64,000 nt of DNA. Source: the human T2T-CHM13v2.0 reference genome, Homo sapiens. Within the stretch, counting starts at the first letter, position 1; every line of letters begins with the position of its first letter. Made by a program: the position numbers and the translations under genes. Location of the stretch: the NCBI RefSeq assembly GCF_009914755.1, contig NC_060929.1. One strand, given 5' to 3'. This document shows, in pieces, positions 25,548 through 43,682 of the stretch. The notes below the pieces were generated by a model. The model saw nothing but the letters and a program-made list of their open reading frames with translations, was not told the origin of the DNA and made no database searches.

Positions 25548-25694
25548 CAAAGGACCACATTATGACTTTCATGGGCCATAGGCATTTTTGCCTGCATGGG
25601 CCCTTTCCTCCACTAAAAAGACAACTGCACTGGTATAAAGACAAATAAATTAATATTGTATATTAAAACTGTGCCTCGTGGAGTATTCAGCCCT
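25548..25694 (+). mobile_element. hAT-Tip100-type MITE (ORSL-like), internally deleted
   Basis: cattatgactttcatgggccataggcatttttgcctgcatgggccctttcctcc...gtgcct...cagccct. Family name from recall. Confidence 0.55.
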
Positions 25695-25731
25695 ACGTAC
25701 ACCCAATTCTGAATACCCATAGTTTGTCTGT

Positions 25732-25989
25732 CAGGTGTAGCTTCTCCATTAGAAACAGTACTCAGGCCCCCAGGACTTTATGGGCCCACGAAAATGTCTT
25801 AATTTCTTTTAAAATCAGAAGAAAATGAAAGTTAGTTCTTTTATATTGAAGAAAATATTTTAATATATAATGTTAATATATTTGTCTTTCTACGAACACG
25901 GTTGTAAAATTTTTTTTCTATTGTTTTATAGAAGAAGGGACTCATGAAGGTAAAAGTGCCTAGGGCCATGAAAGTGTAATGCAGCCTTG
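25732..25989 (-). mobile_element. Second ORSL-like MITE in opposite orientation
   Basis: gggcccacgaaaatgtcttaatttcttttaaaatcagaagaaaa...aaaagtgcctagggccatgaaagtgtaatgcagccttg is reverse-complementary to the previous element's start. Confidence 0.6.
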
Positions 25990-26609
25990 CTGTCAGCCCT
26001 TGTTTCAAGAAAAGCTAGTGTTCCATGAGAAAAGCAGCTAGTTTAACTCACAGCTCAATTGCACACGTGCTTCTCCTCAAGATGACCATCCTAGTAGAAA
26101 TGCTGTATGCGTACTTCCCATTTGGTCACGTGGAATATTTTAAAATGTGTTCCAAAGGGTCAGATTTAATAAAATTAATGCTTTTTACTGTTTCATCAGG
26201 ACATTCTTAAGTTAAACTGGCTCTCTTTTTTTTTTTTTTTTTTTTTTTTTGGCTGTGAGTGCTTCATAATAAATAATAAAATGATGATGAGTATGGGATG
26301 ATGCCATTGCTGATTTGTGGTAAGTCGCCAGCAGTTTTATCCACTACTGTTCTTGCACCATTTGTGCAAAGATCAACACAGGGAAAAGTCAAATAATGTC
26401 TTAATGTTAACATGAAAATAGTTGTGACTTTTTGTACCTCCAGGAAGGGTCTCAGTGACCTTCGGGGGACTGCAGACTACATTTTGAGAACTACTGCTTC
26501 ACAATATCCACAAGCTTGGCCATCGTTAATTTAACCAACTCCTTATTTTTTCTTCTTTCAGGCTGTTTCCAACTCTATTATAAAGATGTTATGAATATTT
26601 TTAAAGATT

Positions 26610-26798
26610 GGCCAGGCGCAGTGGCCCACGCCTATTACCCCAGCACTCTGTCAGGCCAAGGTGGGCAAATCCCTTGAGGTCAGGAGTTTGAGACCAGCCT
26701 GGCTAACATGGTGAAACCCCATCTCTACTAAAAATACAAAAATTAGCTGGGCGTGGTATGCGGGCCTGTAACTGCATCTAGTCAGGAAGCTGAGGCAG
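26610..26798 (+). mobile_element. 3'-truncated AluS
   Basis: ggccaggcgcagtggc...ctactaaaaatacaaaaattagctgggcgtgg...ctgaggcag, then an abrupt end with no A tail. Confidence 0.9.
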
Positions 26799-27015
26799 TT
26801 AATGCCCTTGTTTAAGATAAGTACAGGTGAGTAGTTACCCTTAATGAGGAATAACAAAGGGGCCATGGGAAACCATCCTAGAGAGTTTGTAGGAAGGAAG
26901 AGGACTGTATTACCTCTTTTCATGCCTAGAGGCATCTCTGAATTTAAATATTTTTTCCCCTGAGGTTAGAACTGGATTGAAAATACAGGTTGAAGGATTT
27001 AGGATACCTGTAGAG

Positions 27016-28560
<1,545 letters not shown>

Positions 28561-28576
28561 CTCCCTAATATCTTCT

Positions 28577-28888
28577 GGCCAGGCAGAGTGGCTTATGCCT
28601 GTAATCTCAGCACTTTGGGAGGGCAGATAGCATGGACAGATAGCTTGAGCCCAGGATTTCAAGATCAGCCTGGGCAGCATGGTGAAACCCCATCTCTACA
28701 AAAAATACAAAAATTAACTGGGTGTGGTGGCATGTGCCTGTAGTCCCAGCTACTTGGAAGGCTGGGATGGGAGGATGCTTGAGCCAGGGAGCCTGAGGCT
28801 GCAGTGAGCTGAGATCATGCCACTGCACTCCAGCTTGGGCAACAGAGCCAGGCCCTGTCTCAAAAAACAAAAACAAAAACAAAAAAAA
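28577..28888 (+). mobile_element. AluJ
   Basis: Dimeric Alu with J-type gcttgagcccagga and ccctgtctc, and a (CAAAAA)n tail. Confidence 0.9.
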
Positions 28889-28899
28889 CTTCTGAAAAT

Positions 28900-31130
28900 T
28901 AATTAATATCTTATTGAAAGATATCCAGAAGATATGAACAACTAATACAAAGAGATATAAAAATGGTACTTAAAGTATGGAAAGATATTCAACTTCATAC
29001 ATAAAAGGAGTGCAAACAAAACCACACATAGAAACCATTTCTTACTTACCAGACTGGCAAAAGTTCAAAAGCTTGAACCTATACTGGCAAAGCTGTAGGA
29101 AACAGGCTGTCTCTCTAATACATGACTGGTAGAAATACAAACTGCTTCAAATCTATGGAGGGAAATTTGACAATATTTAATAAAAGTTATCTCTGCATTT
29201 ACCCTTAACCAAGTAATTATGCTTTTAGAACTTATCCTGAAGATACATCACCAATGATACAAAAATACATATGTACAAGGTTATTTGTTGCCTCATTATT
29301 GGGAATTACAAAATATTGGCAGCTACTTAAATGTACAAGCATAGGAAATTAGTTGAATATGATATAATACATACAATGAATACTATATGCTGTAAAAAAG
29401 AACGGCGAAGATCTCTGTAAACTGATATGAAGTAAATTCCAAAAGATATTAAGTGAAAAAAGCAAAGTGCAAATGAGAGTATGTGACATTTTGTGTAAGA
29501 AAAAAGGGAAATTAAGAAAACATACATATATCTGCTTACAAATACAACTAGAAACACAGGAAGGATAAACTACAAAACAATGACAATAGTTACCTATAAG
29601 GAGTGAGGGGCAGAAAGAATAAGGAAGAAAGTGACACTTATCTGAGTATACTTTTTTGTATACTTTTGACTTTTAGAAATGTGTTAATGTTCTACATATT
29701 AAAAAACTAAAACGACACCTATAAAAAGGAGCAGGGAGAAAATTCCTAAAACATAAAGCAAATTAAAACCAATGAATCTAATTGTGTTTCATATGAATGT
29801 CATAATCCCACTAAAAGGGAGAAAAAGAAATAATCCAAGAAATTTATGACCACAGTATTTGATACTCTCAGTCTATGGTAGGGAAGAGGGACAGGGAGGA
29901 ATTACAAACACATCCTGAGATTTTTTTTTTGAGTTTTTTTTTTTGTAGTGGCATGGGGAAATCCATTCTAAAATAATTTTGGATGTATTATAGGCTTTAG
30001 CAAATGAGTAAATGTGCTGATGTTATCGAGAGCCAGATTTCTCCCTGTGGAAGAAGAGACATACAACCACGGAATGGAGGAAGGCAAGAAAGTACCACAT
30101 AGGGATGTACTGGAATCAGAAGTAATGATGTGAACTCATGATTTTTAAAATAAGTATATATAAATATGTGTGTGTATATGTGCACATATATGTACATACC
30201 TATGTATGTGTATGTATATGTATATGTGTATATACATGCATGCATTTCCTAGCTCTGTCTGCTGAAAGGGCCAAGAACGAAATACATCCCTGTAGCAATA
30301 AGCACATCTACTATTCAAATGATCTATTCTTGTGTAAATTTTGGTTAATTGTGTTTTTCTAGGAATTCATTCATTTCAACTGAGTTTTCAAATTTAATGA
30401 CATTAAATTACTAATAATATTACATAATTCTTTTTTCACGTTCATTGATCTGTTGTTATAGGCCTTTCTTTTTTTAATTTCTGATACATTTTTTGTGTCT
30501 TTTCTATTTTTTTCTTCATCAGTTTTGCCATGGTTTATCCACTTTGTGAGTCTGTTCAAAGAACCAGCTTTATTGATCATCTTTATTGTGCTTGTTTCTT
30601 AATTCATCATTCTATTATTTTATTTATTACCTATTTCTTTCTACTTTGGAGGGGTTAATTTTTTAAACTTTTTAATTGAAGTATAATACACATGCAGAAA
30701 AGTGCACAAATTCTAAGCGTGTGTAGCTGCATGAGTTTTTCACAAGGTGAATATACCTGTGTAAATAGCACCTAGATCAAGAGACAGAATATTATCAGCA
30801 TCCTAGAATCTCCTCCTCTGTACCCTCTTTCAGTTTCCAGCCCCTAAAATAGACATTATCCTGACGTTTAACACCACACATTCGTTTTGCTTGTTTTGAA
30901 CTTTCCATAAATGGAGACATGCAATATGTACTCGTGTGTGTCTGGCTTCTTTTGCTTAACCTGTTATCTTTGGATTTCATTCATGTTGTTCTATGTAGCA
31001 GTAATTCACTCTTTTTGTTGTTAAATAATGTTTTATTGTTCTAGTCTCTATTTTTGATGAGGTCCAATTTATCAATTTTTCCTTTTATGGATTATTCTTT
31101 CAGTCATAGTAAGAATTATTTGCCTAGCCA
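28900..31130. mobile_element. Mosaic of old L1 fragments (plus strand to ~30310, then minus)
   Basis: A-rich L1 3' motifs (aaagatattcaacttca, tggagggaaatttgacaata) switch to T-rich L1 3'-end text (taattgaagtataatacacatgcagaaaagtgcaca). Confidence 0.7.
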
Positions 31131-31142
31131 AAGATTTTTCTC

Positions 31143-31470
<328 letters not shown>

Positions 31471-31662
31471 ATACGTTTTACATTTAAGTTCAGAATCCAT
31501 TTTAAATTACTTTCTGTATAAAGTACGAGGCTTAGAGCAAGATTTTTTCTTTCCTATTTTATTTTCTCCTGTGTATGTCTATTTGCTTGAGTACCGTTTG
31601 CAAAAAAGGCTGTCCTTCCTCCATTGCATTGGTTTTGCACCTTTGTCAAAAATGAGTTAGGC

Positions 31663-33146
31663 GTCCCTCTCCCTCTCCCTCTCCCTCTCCCTGCCTCTGC
31701 CTCTCCCTCTCCCCACGGTCTGCCTCTGCCTCTGCCTCTCCCTCTCCCCACGGTCTCCCTCTCCCTCTCTTTCCACGGTCTCCCTCTGATGCCGAGCCGA
31801 AGCTGGACTGTACTGCTGCCATCTCCGCTCACTGCAACCTCCCTGCCTGATTCTCCTGCCTCAGCCTGCCGAGTGCCTGCGATTGCAGGCGCGCGCCGCC
31901 ACACCTGACTGGTTTTCGTATTTTTTTGGTGGAGACGGGGTTTCGCTGTGTTGGCCGGGCTGGTCTCCAGCTCCTAACCGCGAGTGATCTGCCAGCCACG
32001 GCCTCCCGAGGTGCCGGTATTGCGGACGGAGTCTCGTTCACTCAGTGCTCAATGTTGCCCAGGCTGGAGTGCAGTGGCGTGATCTCGGCTCGCTACAACC
32101 TCCACCTCCCAGCAGCCTACCTTGGCCTCCCAAAGTGCAGAGATTGCAGCCTCTGCCCGGCCGCCACCCCGTCTGGGAAGTGAGGAGCGTCTCTGCCTGG
32201 CCGCCCATCGTCTTGGACGTGAGGAGCCCCTCTGCCTGGCTACCCAGTCTGGAAAGTGCCCGGCCGCCATCCCATCTAGGAAGTGAGGAGCACCTCTTCC
32301 CGGCCGCCTTCCCATCTAGGAAGTGAGGAGCATCTCTGCCCGGCCGCCCATCGTCTGAGATGTGGGGAGCGCCTCTGCCCCGCCGCCCCGTCTGGGATGT
32401 GAGGAGCGCCTCTGCCCGGCCGCCCCGTCTGAGAAGTGAGGAGCCCCTCCGCCCGGCAGCCGCCCCGTGTAGGAAGTGAGGAGCGTCTCCACCCGGCAGC
32501 TGCCCCGTCCAGGAGGGAGGCGGTGGGCAGCCCCCGCCCGGCCAGCCGCCCCGTCCGGGAGGGAGGTGGGGGGCGCCTCTGCCCGGCCGCCCCTTCTGGG
32601 AAGTGAGGAGCCCCTCTGCCCGGCCGCCACCCCGTCTGGGAGGTGTACCCAACAGCTCATTGAGAACGGGCCATGATGACGATGGCAGTTTTGTCGAATA
32701 GAAAAGGGGGAAATGTGGGGAAAAGATAGAGAAATCAGATTGTTGCTGTGTCTGTGTAGAAAGAAGTAGACATAGGAGACTCCATTTTGTTCTGTATTAA
32801 GAAAAATTCTTCTGCCTTGGGATGCTGTTATCTATGACCTTACCCCCAACCCTGTGCTCTCTGAAACATGTGCTGTGTCCGCTCAGGGTTAAATGGATTA
32901 AGGGCAGTGCAGGATGTGCTTTGTTAAACAGATGCTTGAAGGCAGCATGCTCGTTGAGAGTCATCACCACTCCCTAATCTCAAGTACCCAGGGACACAAA
33001 CACTGCGGAAGGCCGCAGGGTCCTCTGCCTAGGAAAACCAGAGACCTTTGTTCACTTGTTTATCTGCTGACCTTCCCTCCACTATTGTCCTATGACCCTG
33101 CCAAATCCCCCTCTGCGAGAAACACCCAAGAATGATCAATTAAAAA
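31663..33146 (+). mobile_element. Full-length SVA retrotransposon (older subfamily, probably SVA_B/C)
   Basis: (CCCTCT)n head, antisense Alu-like part, GC-rich VNTR (~32160-32640), SINE-R and short A tail. 15-bp TSD AAAAATGAGTTAGGC at 31648-31662 and 33147-33161. Confidence 0.96.
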
Positions 33147-33161
33147 AAAAATGAGTTAGGC

Positions 33162-36353
<3,192 letters not shown>

Positions 36354-37614
36354 AACCCACCTGTTTTATATTCCTTTTTCTCATTTCTTGTCTCCTTTTG
36401 GATTAATAAAATATTTTTAATATTCCAGTTCTTTTGATTAATTTGTTGTTTTACAATATGTTACTATTCTTATAGTAGTTGCCTTAGATATTACAAGTTG
36501 CATCCTTAACAGTTACCAAAAAATAGTAATTTCAACACTTCAGAATATTTACAATAAGTATTTAGAAATATTTTAACTTCATTATTCTCCCAACTTTTGC
36601 ATTGTTTTCGTGAATCCTAAATCTACATATATTTTAAATTCCATAAGACATTACTTAGGACTATATTGTGCAATTATATAAATTTATGTTTATCCACATA
36701 TTTATACTTTTTAGTGCTCTTTATTCCCCCTTGTGTATGCATGTCTTTATGTGAATCATTTTTCTTTTTCCTGGAAAATTTACAATTAGTGTTTCCTTAA
36801 ATAAAGGCTTGCACACAAATAATTCTCCTAGTTTTTGTTTGTCTGAAACTTCTTTATTTCACTTTTGTTAACAAGAAATTTATTATGGAAAAATTTAAAC
36901 TTATACAAAATGAGGAGAACATAACTAACTCACATGTATTCATCTCCTAGCTACAACAATTCTCAAATTATGCAATTCTTGCATCTCTATACTCCAACAG
37001 CTCCTCCACTTGATGATGTTGATGATGATGACTTTTAGCAGTTCTTTTATTTTAAGGTAGAATGTACATACATGAAAGTGCAGACATTTCAGCTGTATAC
37101 TTTTGACAAATGGATGCACCACTTAATGCCTCCTGTGTCATGATACAGAACATTTTCGTTACCTCAAAAAGTTCCCTTGAGTACCTTGTCAGTTAATCCC
37201 CACGCCCAGAGGCAATTACTGTTTTAATGTTTTTTGCCTCAGATTGGTTTTTCCTGTTTCAGAACTTCAAATATATGGAATTATACCGTATGTTTCTTTT
37301 GCGCTCAGTTGGTTTTGTCCAGCATAATGTTTAGGTCAATCCATGTTGCTGTGTATATTAATAATTCATTTATTTTTATTCTTGAATAGTATTACATTGT
37401 ATAAACATACCATGATTTGTTTATCCATTCTCCTGTTGATGGATATTAGTTTTTTGTTTTTTTTCAAATTTTTTATTATTGTGAATAAAAATGAGATGAA
37501 CATTCTTGTACCAGTTGGTTTGCGGACATATGTTGTTATATCTCTTGTATACATGACTGAATTGGAATTGCTGGGTCAAAGTATAAATGCATATTTAACT
37601 TAATAAGAAATTAT

Positions 37615-37870
37615 TAAAGGCAAACAGAATGGAATAATGAACATCGAAGACTCAGAAGCAGGGAGGTTGGGAGTGGGGGTGAGAGATGAAAAACTGCTTG
37701 TTAGGTACAATGTACACTACTCAGGTGAAAGGCGCACTAAAATCCCAGACTTCACCACTATACAATTCATCCATTTGCATATTTTGTTTATACATCCATT
37801 TTGTTTATACAAAAACCATTTGTACCCTTAAGGGTATTTAAGTTAAAAATTAAATTAAAATTTAAAAAAG
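37615..37870 (+). mobile_element. L1PB-type 3' end inserted into an older antisense L1
   Basis: ggaataatgaacatcgaagactcagaag...tacaatgtacactactcaggtga...cactaaaatcccagacttcaccactatacaattcatccat. Confidence 0.75.
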
Positions 37871-38179
37871 AAAAATTGCCAAAGAGTTTTCTCAGAATGG
37901 TTGTACTATTTAATGTTCCTACTAACAACATAAGAGTTTGGGTCACTCCACATCCTTGCCACTTTCCTGATGCTCTATAATATTGCGCACTTTTTCATGG
38001 GCTTATTGGCTATTTGAATACTGTCTTTTGTGAAGTATCTGTCAGGTTTTTTGCTCATTTTTATGACTTTTTTGTCATTTATATTATTTAGTTGTAGGAG
38101 TTTTTATGCATTCTGTATACAAGTGCTTTCTCTGTTATGTATCTTGCAAATAATTTCTTCCAGTCTGTGGTTTGCCTAT

Positions 38180-39272
38180 TTCTTTTCTTTTTCTTTATTA
38201 TGCTTTAAGTTCTAGAGTACATGTGCACAATGTGCAGGTTTGTTACATATGTATACATGTGCCACATTGGTTTGCTGCACCCATTAACTCATCATTTACA
38301 TTAGGTATTTCTCCTAATGCTATCCCTCCCCCATCCCCCCCAGCCCCAAAACAGGCCCTGGTGTGTGATGTTCCCCGCCCTGTGTCCAGTTCCCACCTAT
38401 GAGTGAGAACATGTGGTCTTTGGTTTTCTGTCCTTGCAATAGTTTGCTCAGAATGATGGTTTCCAGCTTCATCCATGTCCCTACAAAGGACATGAACTCA
38501 TCCTTTTTTATGGCTGCATAGTATTCCATGGTGTATATGTGCCACATTTTCTTAATCCAGTCTATCATTGATGGACATTTGGGTTGGTTCCAAGTCTTTG
38601 CTATTGTGAATAGTGCCACAATAAACATACATGTGCATGTGTCTTTATAGTAGCATGATTTATATTCCTTTGGGTATATACACCCAGTAATGGGATGGCT
38701 GGGTCAAATGGTATTTCTAGTTCTAGATCCCTGAGGAATAGCCACACTGACTTCCACAATGGTTGAACTAGTTTACACTCTCACTAACAGCGTAAAACAT
38801 TCCTATTTCTCTACATCCTCTCCAGCACCTGTTGTTTCCTGACGTTTTAATGATCACCATTCAAACTGGTGTGAGATGGTATCTCATTGTGGTTTTGATT
38901 TGCATCTCTCTGATGACCAGTGATGATGAGCATTTTTTCATGTGTCTGTTGGCTGCATAAATATCTTCTTTTGAGAAGTGTCTGTTCATATCCTTTGCCC
39001 ACTTTTTGATGGGGTTGTTTGATTTTTTTCTTGTAAATTTATTTGAGTTCTTTGTAGATTCTGGATATTAGCCCTTTGGCAGATGGGTAGATTGCAAAAA
39101 TTTTCTCCCATTCTGTATGTTGCCTGTTCACTCTGATGGTAGTTTCTTTTGCTGTGCAGAAGCTCTTTAGCTTAATTAGATCCCATTTGTCTATTTTGGC
39201 TTCTGTTGCCATTGCTTTTGGTGTTTTAGTCATGAAGTCCTTGCCCATGCCTATGTCCTGAATGATATTGCT
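38180..39272 (-). mobile_element. 5'-truncated primate L1PA (3'UTR and ORF2 C-terminus), about 1.1 kb
   Basis: ttattatgctttaagttctagagtacatgtgcac... Translations MFIVALFTIAKTWNQPKCPS and [18 protein letters not shown] are L1 ORF2p. Confidence 0.95.
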
Positions 39273-42200
39273 GGTATCTTTTAATAAACATAAGATTTTA
39301 GTTTTGATAAATTCAATTTTCATCAATAAATTTCTTTCTTATTATGTGTCTCTGGTTTTATCCAAGAAATCTTTGCCTAGCCCTAGGTGATAGATTTTTA
39401 TATGTATTTACACTTTTAGCTTTTACATTTTGGTTTATGATCCATCTTAAATTAAATCTTGTACAAAGTGTGAGGTTAGGAAGTCAAGCTTCATTTTATT
39501 TCAGATGGATTTACAGTTGCTTCAGCACCATTTGATAGCATGACTTCTCTTTTCCCATTGGCTTGATGTGACACCTTTATTGAAAACAAATTAACTATAT
39601 AAATGCCATTCTATTTCTAGGCTGTCTATTCAGTTCCATTGCTCTTTTTGTCTATCCTTTTACTAACACTAAACTTTGTTGATTGCTATAACTTTTTACT
39701 AAATCTTGAAGTTAAATAATACAAGTGCTTCCGTTTTGTTCATCTTTTCTGGATTATTTTAGTTATTTTAGGTCCTTTGCATTTCATATACATTTAAAAG
39801 TCAGCAGTTAATTTTTATTTTTTTAAATAGCCCACTATTATGACTAAGACTGTGTTGAATCTATAGCCTAATTTAAGGAGACTTAATAACTTAACAAAAT
39901 TGAATTGGCCAATCTATGAACATGGAATATCCATCTACCATATTATTTAGGTCTTTTATTTCTTGGTGCAGTGTTTTGTGGTTTTCAGAGTAAAGATTTT
40001 GCACAGCTTTTGTTAAGTGTACTTCTATGCATTTTAAGTTTTTGGTGCTATTTTAATGCAATTGATTTTCATTTTTGTAATTATTTGTTTCTAATATGTA
40101 GAAATACTATTGAATATTATATATTAACCTTTTATACTAAAACTTTGCTAAACTTATTTATCATATTTAGGGATTTTATTGTTGGTGTTAATTTCTTAGA
40201 TTTTTCTAGGTTAAAAAATATTGTCTGAGAATAGAAGCAGTTTTATTTCTTTCTAGTGTGAATACAATTTATTTCTTTTTATTTCTTTTGCTTGTTTTAA
40301 TTCACTGGCTAGGTCCTCTAATATAACATTGAATAAAACTGGTGATAGAAGCCAGTTTTGCCTTTTCATAATAGAGGGAAAATGTTTAGTATGATGTTAG
40401 CTGTAGGTTTTATGTAGATGTTCTTTAGCAAATGGAGGAAATTCCCTTCTCTTTCAAATTTTCTGAGAATTTTTATAATGGCAATGAAATTTGTCATATG
40501 CTTTTTCTGCAGTGCTATCATCATATGATTTTACTCCTTTATTCTGTTAGTATGGTGGAATTTATTAACTAATTGTTAAATGTGAAATCAACCTTATATT
40601 CCTGAAAGAAACCTTACTTTGCCATGACATACTACCCATTTTATATGTTGCTGGATTTGATTTACCTATATCATGTTGAGGGTTTTTTTCCATATCAATT
40701 ATTATGAGAGATGTTGATTTATAATTGTATTTTATTCTTTGATAATATTTTGGTTTGGTTTTGTTATCAAAATTATTCTGGTCTTATGAGTTGGAAAGTG
40801 TTTCTTCTTTCTCTATTTTCTGAAAGGGTTTATGTGGGATTTGCATTAAGTCTTCCTTAAATGTTTGATAGAATTCACCAGTGAAATCATCTCGTTCTAG
40901 AGAGATGTGTGTGTTTATAGAGGGGTTTGATAAGAAATTCAATTTCTTTGACAGATTTAGAGTAGTAAGATTTTAAATTTTGTCTTCTGTCAGTTTCTTA
41001 AATCATTTTTTAAGCTGTAGAAAAATAAGCATAACATAAAATTTACCATTTGAATAATTTTAAGTGAAAATTTTAGTGGCCTAAGATGTTTACATTGTTG
41101 TGCAACCATCACCACCATCTTATTGCCAGAACTTTTTCATCTTCCCAAACTGAAACTCCGAACCCATTAAACAATAACTCCCACTCTCTTCTCCCCCCAA
41201 GCCTTTGACAACTACCATTCTATTTTTTGTCTCTATGAAAATTTGCGTACAGGGTGTTTTTAAAAATATATCTTAATTTCATCTAAGTTATCAAATTTGT
41301 TTGCATAAAGTTATTCATAATATTCTTTTTTTGCCTTTGAATAACATTATTATTCAAAAAAATAGAGAATAACATTCTCTTTTTTTCCCCTTTGAGTAAG
41401 AAGTATAGTAATATTACCTCTTTCATTCCTGGTATTGGTAATTGTGCTTTCTCCTCTTTTTTCTTCATTTGTCTTGCTAAAGATTTATCAATTTTATAGA
41501 TTTTTTTTCAAAGATACCACTTTTGGCTTTGTTAATTTTCTCTACTCATTGTTTTCAATTCCACTGATCTTTTGTTCTTATCTTTATTGTCTCCTTTCTA
41601 CATACTTTGGGTTTTATTTGCTTTGTCTTTTTTCTAAGTTTTCTAAGGTAAAGACTTAGATCGCTTATTTTAAGTTCTTTTTCCTTTTTTTAATACAAGC
41701 AATAAAAGTGTCCTCTCCTTCTGGGAATCCAATTGCATGTCATATGTGTGTTAAACCAGTAAACCACTTGATATTTGGCCACAATGTCTCTGAATTTCTG
41801 TTCATTTTCTTCATTCTTTCATCTCTCTTTTCTTTAGATTGGATAACCTCTCTTGCTGTGACTTGAATTTCGATGACTCTCATTTCTGTCATTTCCAATC
41901 TGCTGTCAAGCTCATCCAGTGAATTTTTTCATTTTTGTTATTGTACTATCCAGATCCAAAATATTCATTTGGCTTAAAACAATTTTTTTCTCTATTGAGA
42001 TTCTCCATTAATGTGTCCATCATTTTCTTTAAATACTTACATTTATTTATGATGGTTATTTAAAGACTTTATTATTTGCAACATCTGAGTTTCCATAAAC
42101 TGATATTCTTCTTCAATGTAGGTCATATTTGTATGTTTCTTCACAGTTCTGTTTATTTTTGATTGAATAGTGAACAACATGAGTAGTGTTTTGTAGATTC

Positions 42201-42600
42201 TGAATTCTGTTATGTTTCTCTGAATAATTTTTATTCTAGGAAATGGTTAACTTTGAGTCCTTTAAGTTAACTTTTCAAACTGTTTCTCTTTTATGCTGGG
42301 CAGCAACTGGAATCTCTGTTTACTTATTTCAAGATTCCAGCTGTTGCTTTTTTTCTTTGAGTCTTCTAAATTTACTATTCATCTGTTACAGTTCATTTTT
42401 CAGGGGTGGGATTACATCTAATTTCTGTCTGGTTTATTCAATTTTCAATACCCTCAAATAATTATGTTTTAAAATCTGTCTGTGTTTAAAAGGTTGTTAT
42501 CTGCAAAAGTGTTAGTCTCACCAGAAGCCAGAACTCCTCATATTTATTTTTCAAGAATATTTTCACTGAATGCAGTATTCTTGGTTGACAATTATTTTAT
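39273..42600 (-). mobile_element. Long old L1 (L1M) antisense block with a nested L1MB-like 3' end at ~41020-41245
   Basis: Degenerate T-rich ORF2 text (tgatgttagctgtaggttt, aatgtttgatagaattcaccagtgaaatcatct). Confidence 0.75.
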
Positions 42601-42612
42601 TTTAAAACTTCA

Positions 42613-42740
42613 TTTTTTTTTTTTGAGATGGGGTCTTGCTATGTTGACCAAGCTGGCCTTGAACTCCTGGGCTCAAGCCATACTTCTGCCTCAGCCTCCC
42701 AAGTAGCTGAAACTACAGGTACATGCCAACATGCCTGGCT
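42613..42740 (-). mobile_element. FLAM Alu monomer
   Basis: T12 gagatggggtcttgctatgttgaccaagctggccttgaactcctgggctcaagc...catgcctggct. Confidence 0.85.
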
Positions 42741-43231
42741 TCTTTTAGCACTTCAAATAAACATTATTTCATTGGATTTGGGTTTTCATTTCTGGTAATA
42801 ATTTCTCTCTCCATCTTACTGAGATTTTTTAGGGTGGTGTGTCCATTTTCTATATCTACTTTCATGATTTCTCTTAGTCTTCATTTTCAGTGGTTTTATG
42901 GTAATGTGCTTAGGTGTGGTTTTCTTTGCATTTATCTTGTCTGAGTTTTACTAGGTTTCTTGAGTCTGCGGTTTGATGCCTTTCCTAAGGCTTGTAAAAT
43001 AATTAGCCATAATTTTTTTCTAATAGTGCTTCTGCCTCATTTTTTCTCTCCTCTTTTGTTAATTTCAGTTACACAAGTTAAGCTTTTGGGCTGTATTCTT
43101 TAGGTTGCTTACACTTGGTCCTGGTTCCCCCGTCCCCCCAACCCCCATTCTTTTTTTCTCTGTGATTCAGCTTGGATATTTTCTATTAATCTATCTTCAA
43201 GTTTATTGATCCTGTCTTCTGCTTTCTTACT

Positions 43232-43682
43232 TTGGGTTCCTTTAGAAGTGGACCCTGATTTTGAATTTGAGAACAAATTGTTCATGTAAAATATGATCCC
43301 AGAAAACACTGGTAATGGAATGGAAAAGTGAGACAGGAGAGCAAATACAGTTAACTAAGGGTTCATTATCAAGCAAGTTCTCACTGTAAGTAACTGGAGT
43401 TTTCTCTTGCTTGGGAATGCTCAGCATCCATGTAGAATACATGCTAAGAGTTTGCCTATCTGACAGATGAAGGTGTGGAGATATTTACTAATTAACTCTC
43501 ATTAGTCATTGATTGAAGGCTGCTCCCAGGAGACATTGATTATCTGACTCTTCTGTGTGCATGTGTAGAGTGGGCTTCAGCATCCAGAATAAAGCCATCA
43601 AACTGCTGGAAGTCAGGTCACTGTGTACTACAATGATATGGCCCAAAGGAATCTGATCAGGTCACTGATAACATTTACTACA
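43232..43682 (-). mobile_element. ERVL solo LTR (LTR16-like)
   Basis: tgggttcc...gaagtggaccctga...gatcccagaaaacac...aagtgagacagg...ctaca. Confidence 0.55.

Larger units (their letters stand above)
24650..26496 (-). mobile_element. hAT-Charlie DNA transposon (Charlie1/1a-like), degenerate, with nested MITEs
   Basis: ctcttaaaaattactgagaaccctgaagagcttttgttt at the left. Terminus agggtctcag...gactacattttgagaactactg at the right. Confidence 0.75.

Noticed and set aside
32160-32640. Regularly recurring ~40-bp units suggestive of a CRISPR-like array
   Set aside because: SVA VNTR: tandem degenerate units with no unique spacers, no cas genes, and a primate context.
31554-33135. Many ORFs (up to 204 aa) in the 31.5-33.1 kb region
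   Set aside because: Translations of the SVA hexamer, Alu-like and VNTR parts.
38243-39326. ORFs with clear protein-like motifs
   Set aside because: Broken L1 ORF2 remnants of a truncated L1PA, not a host gene.
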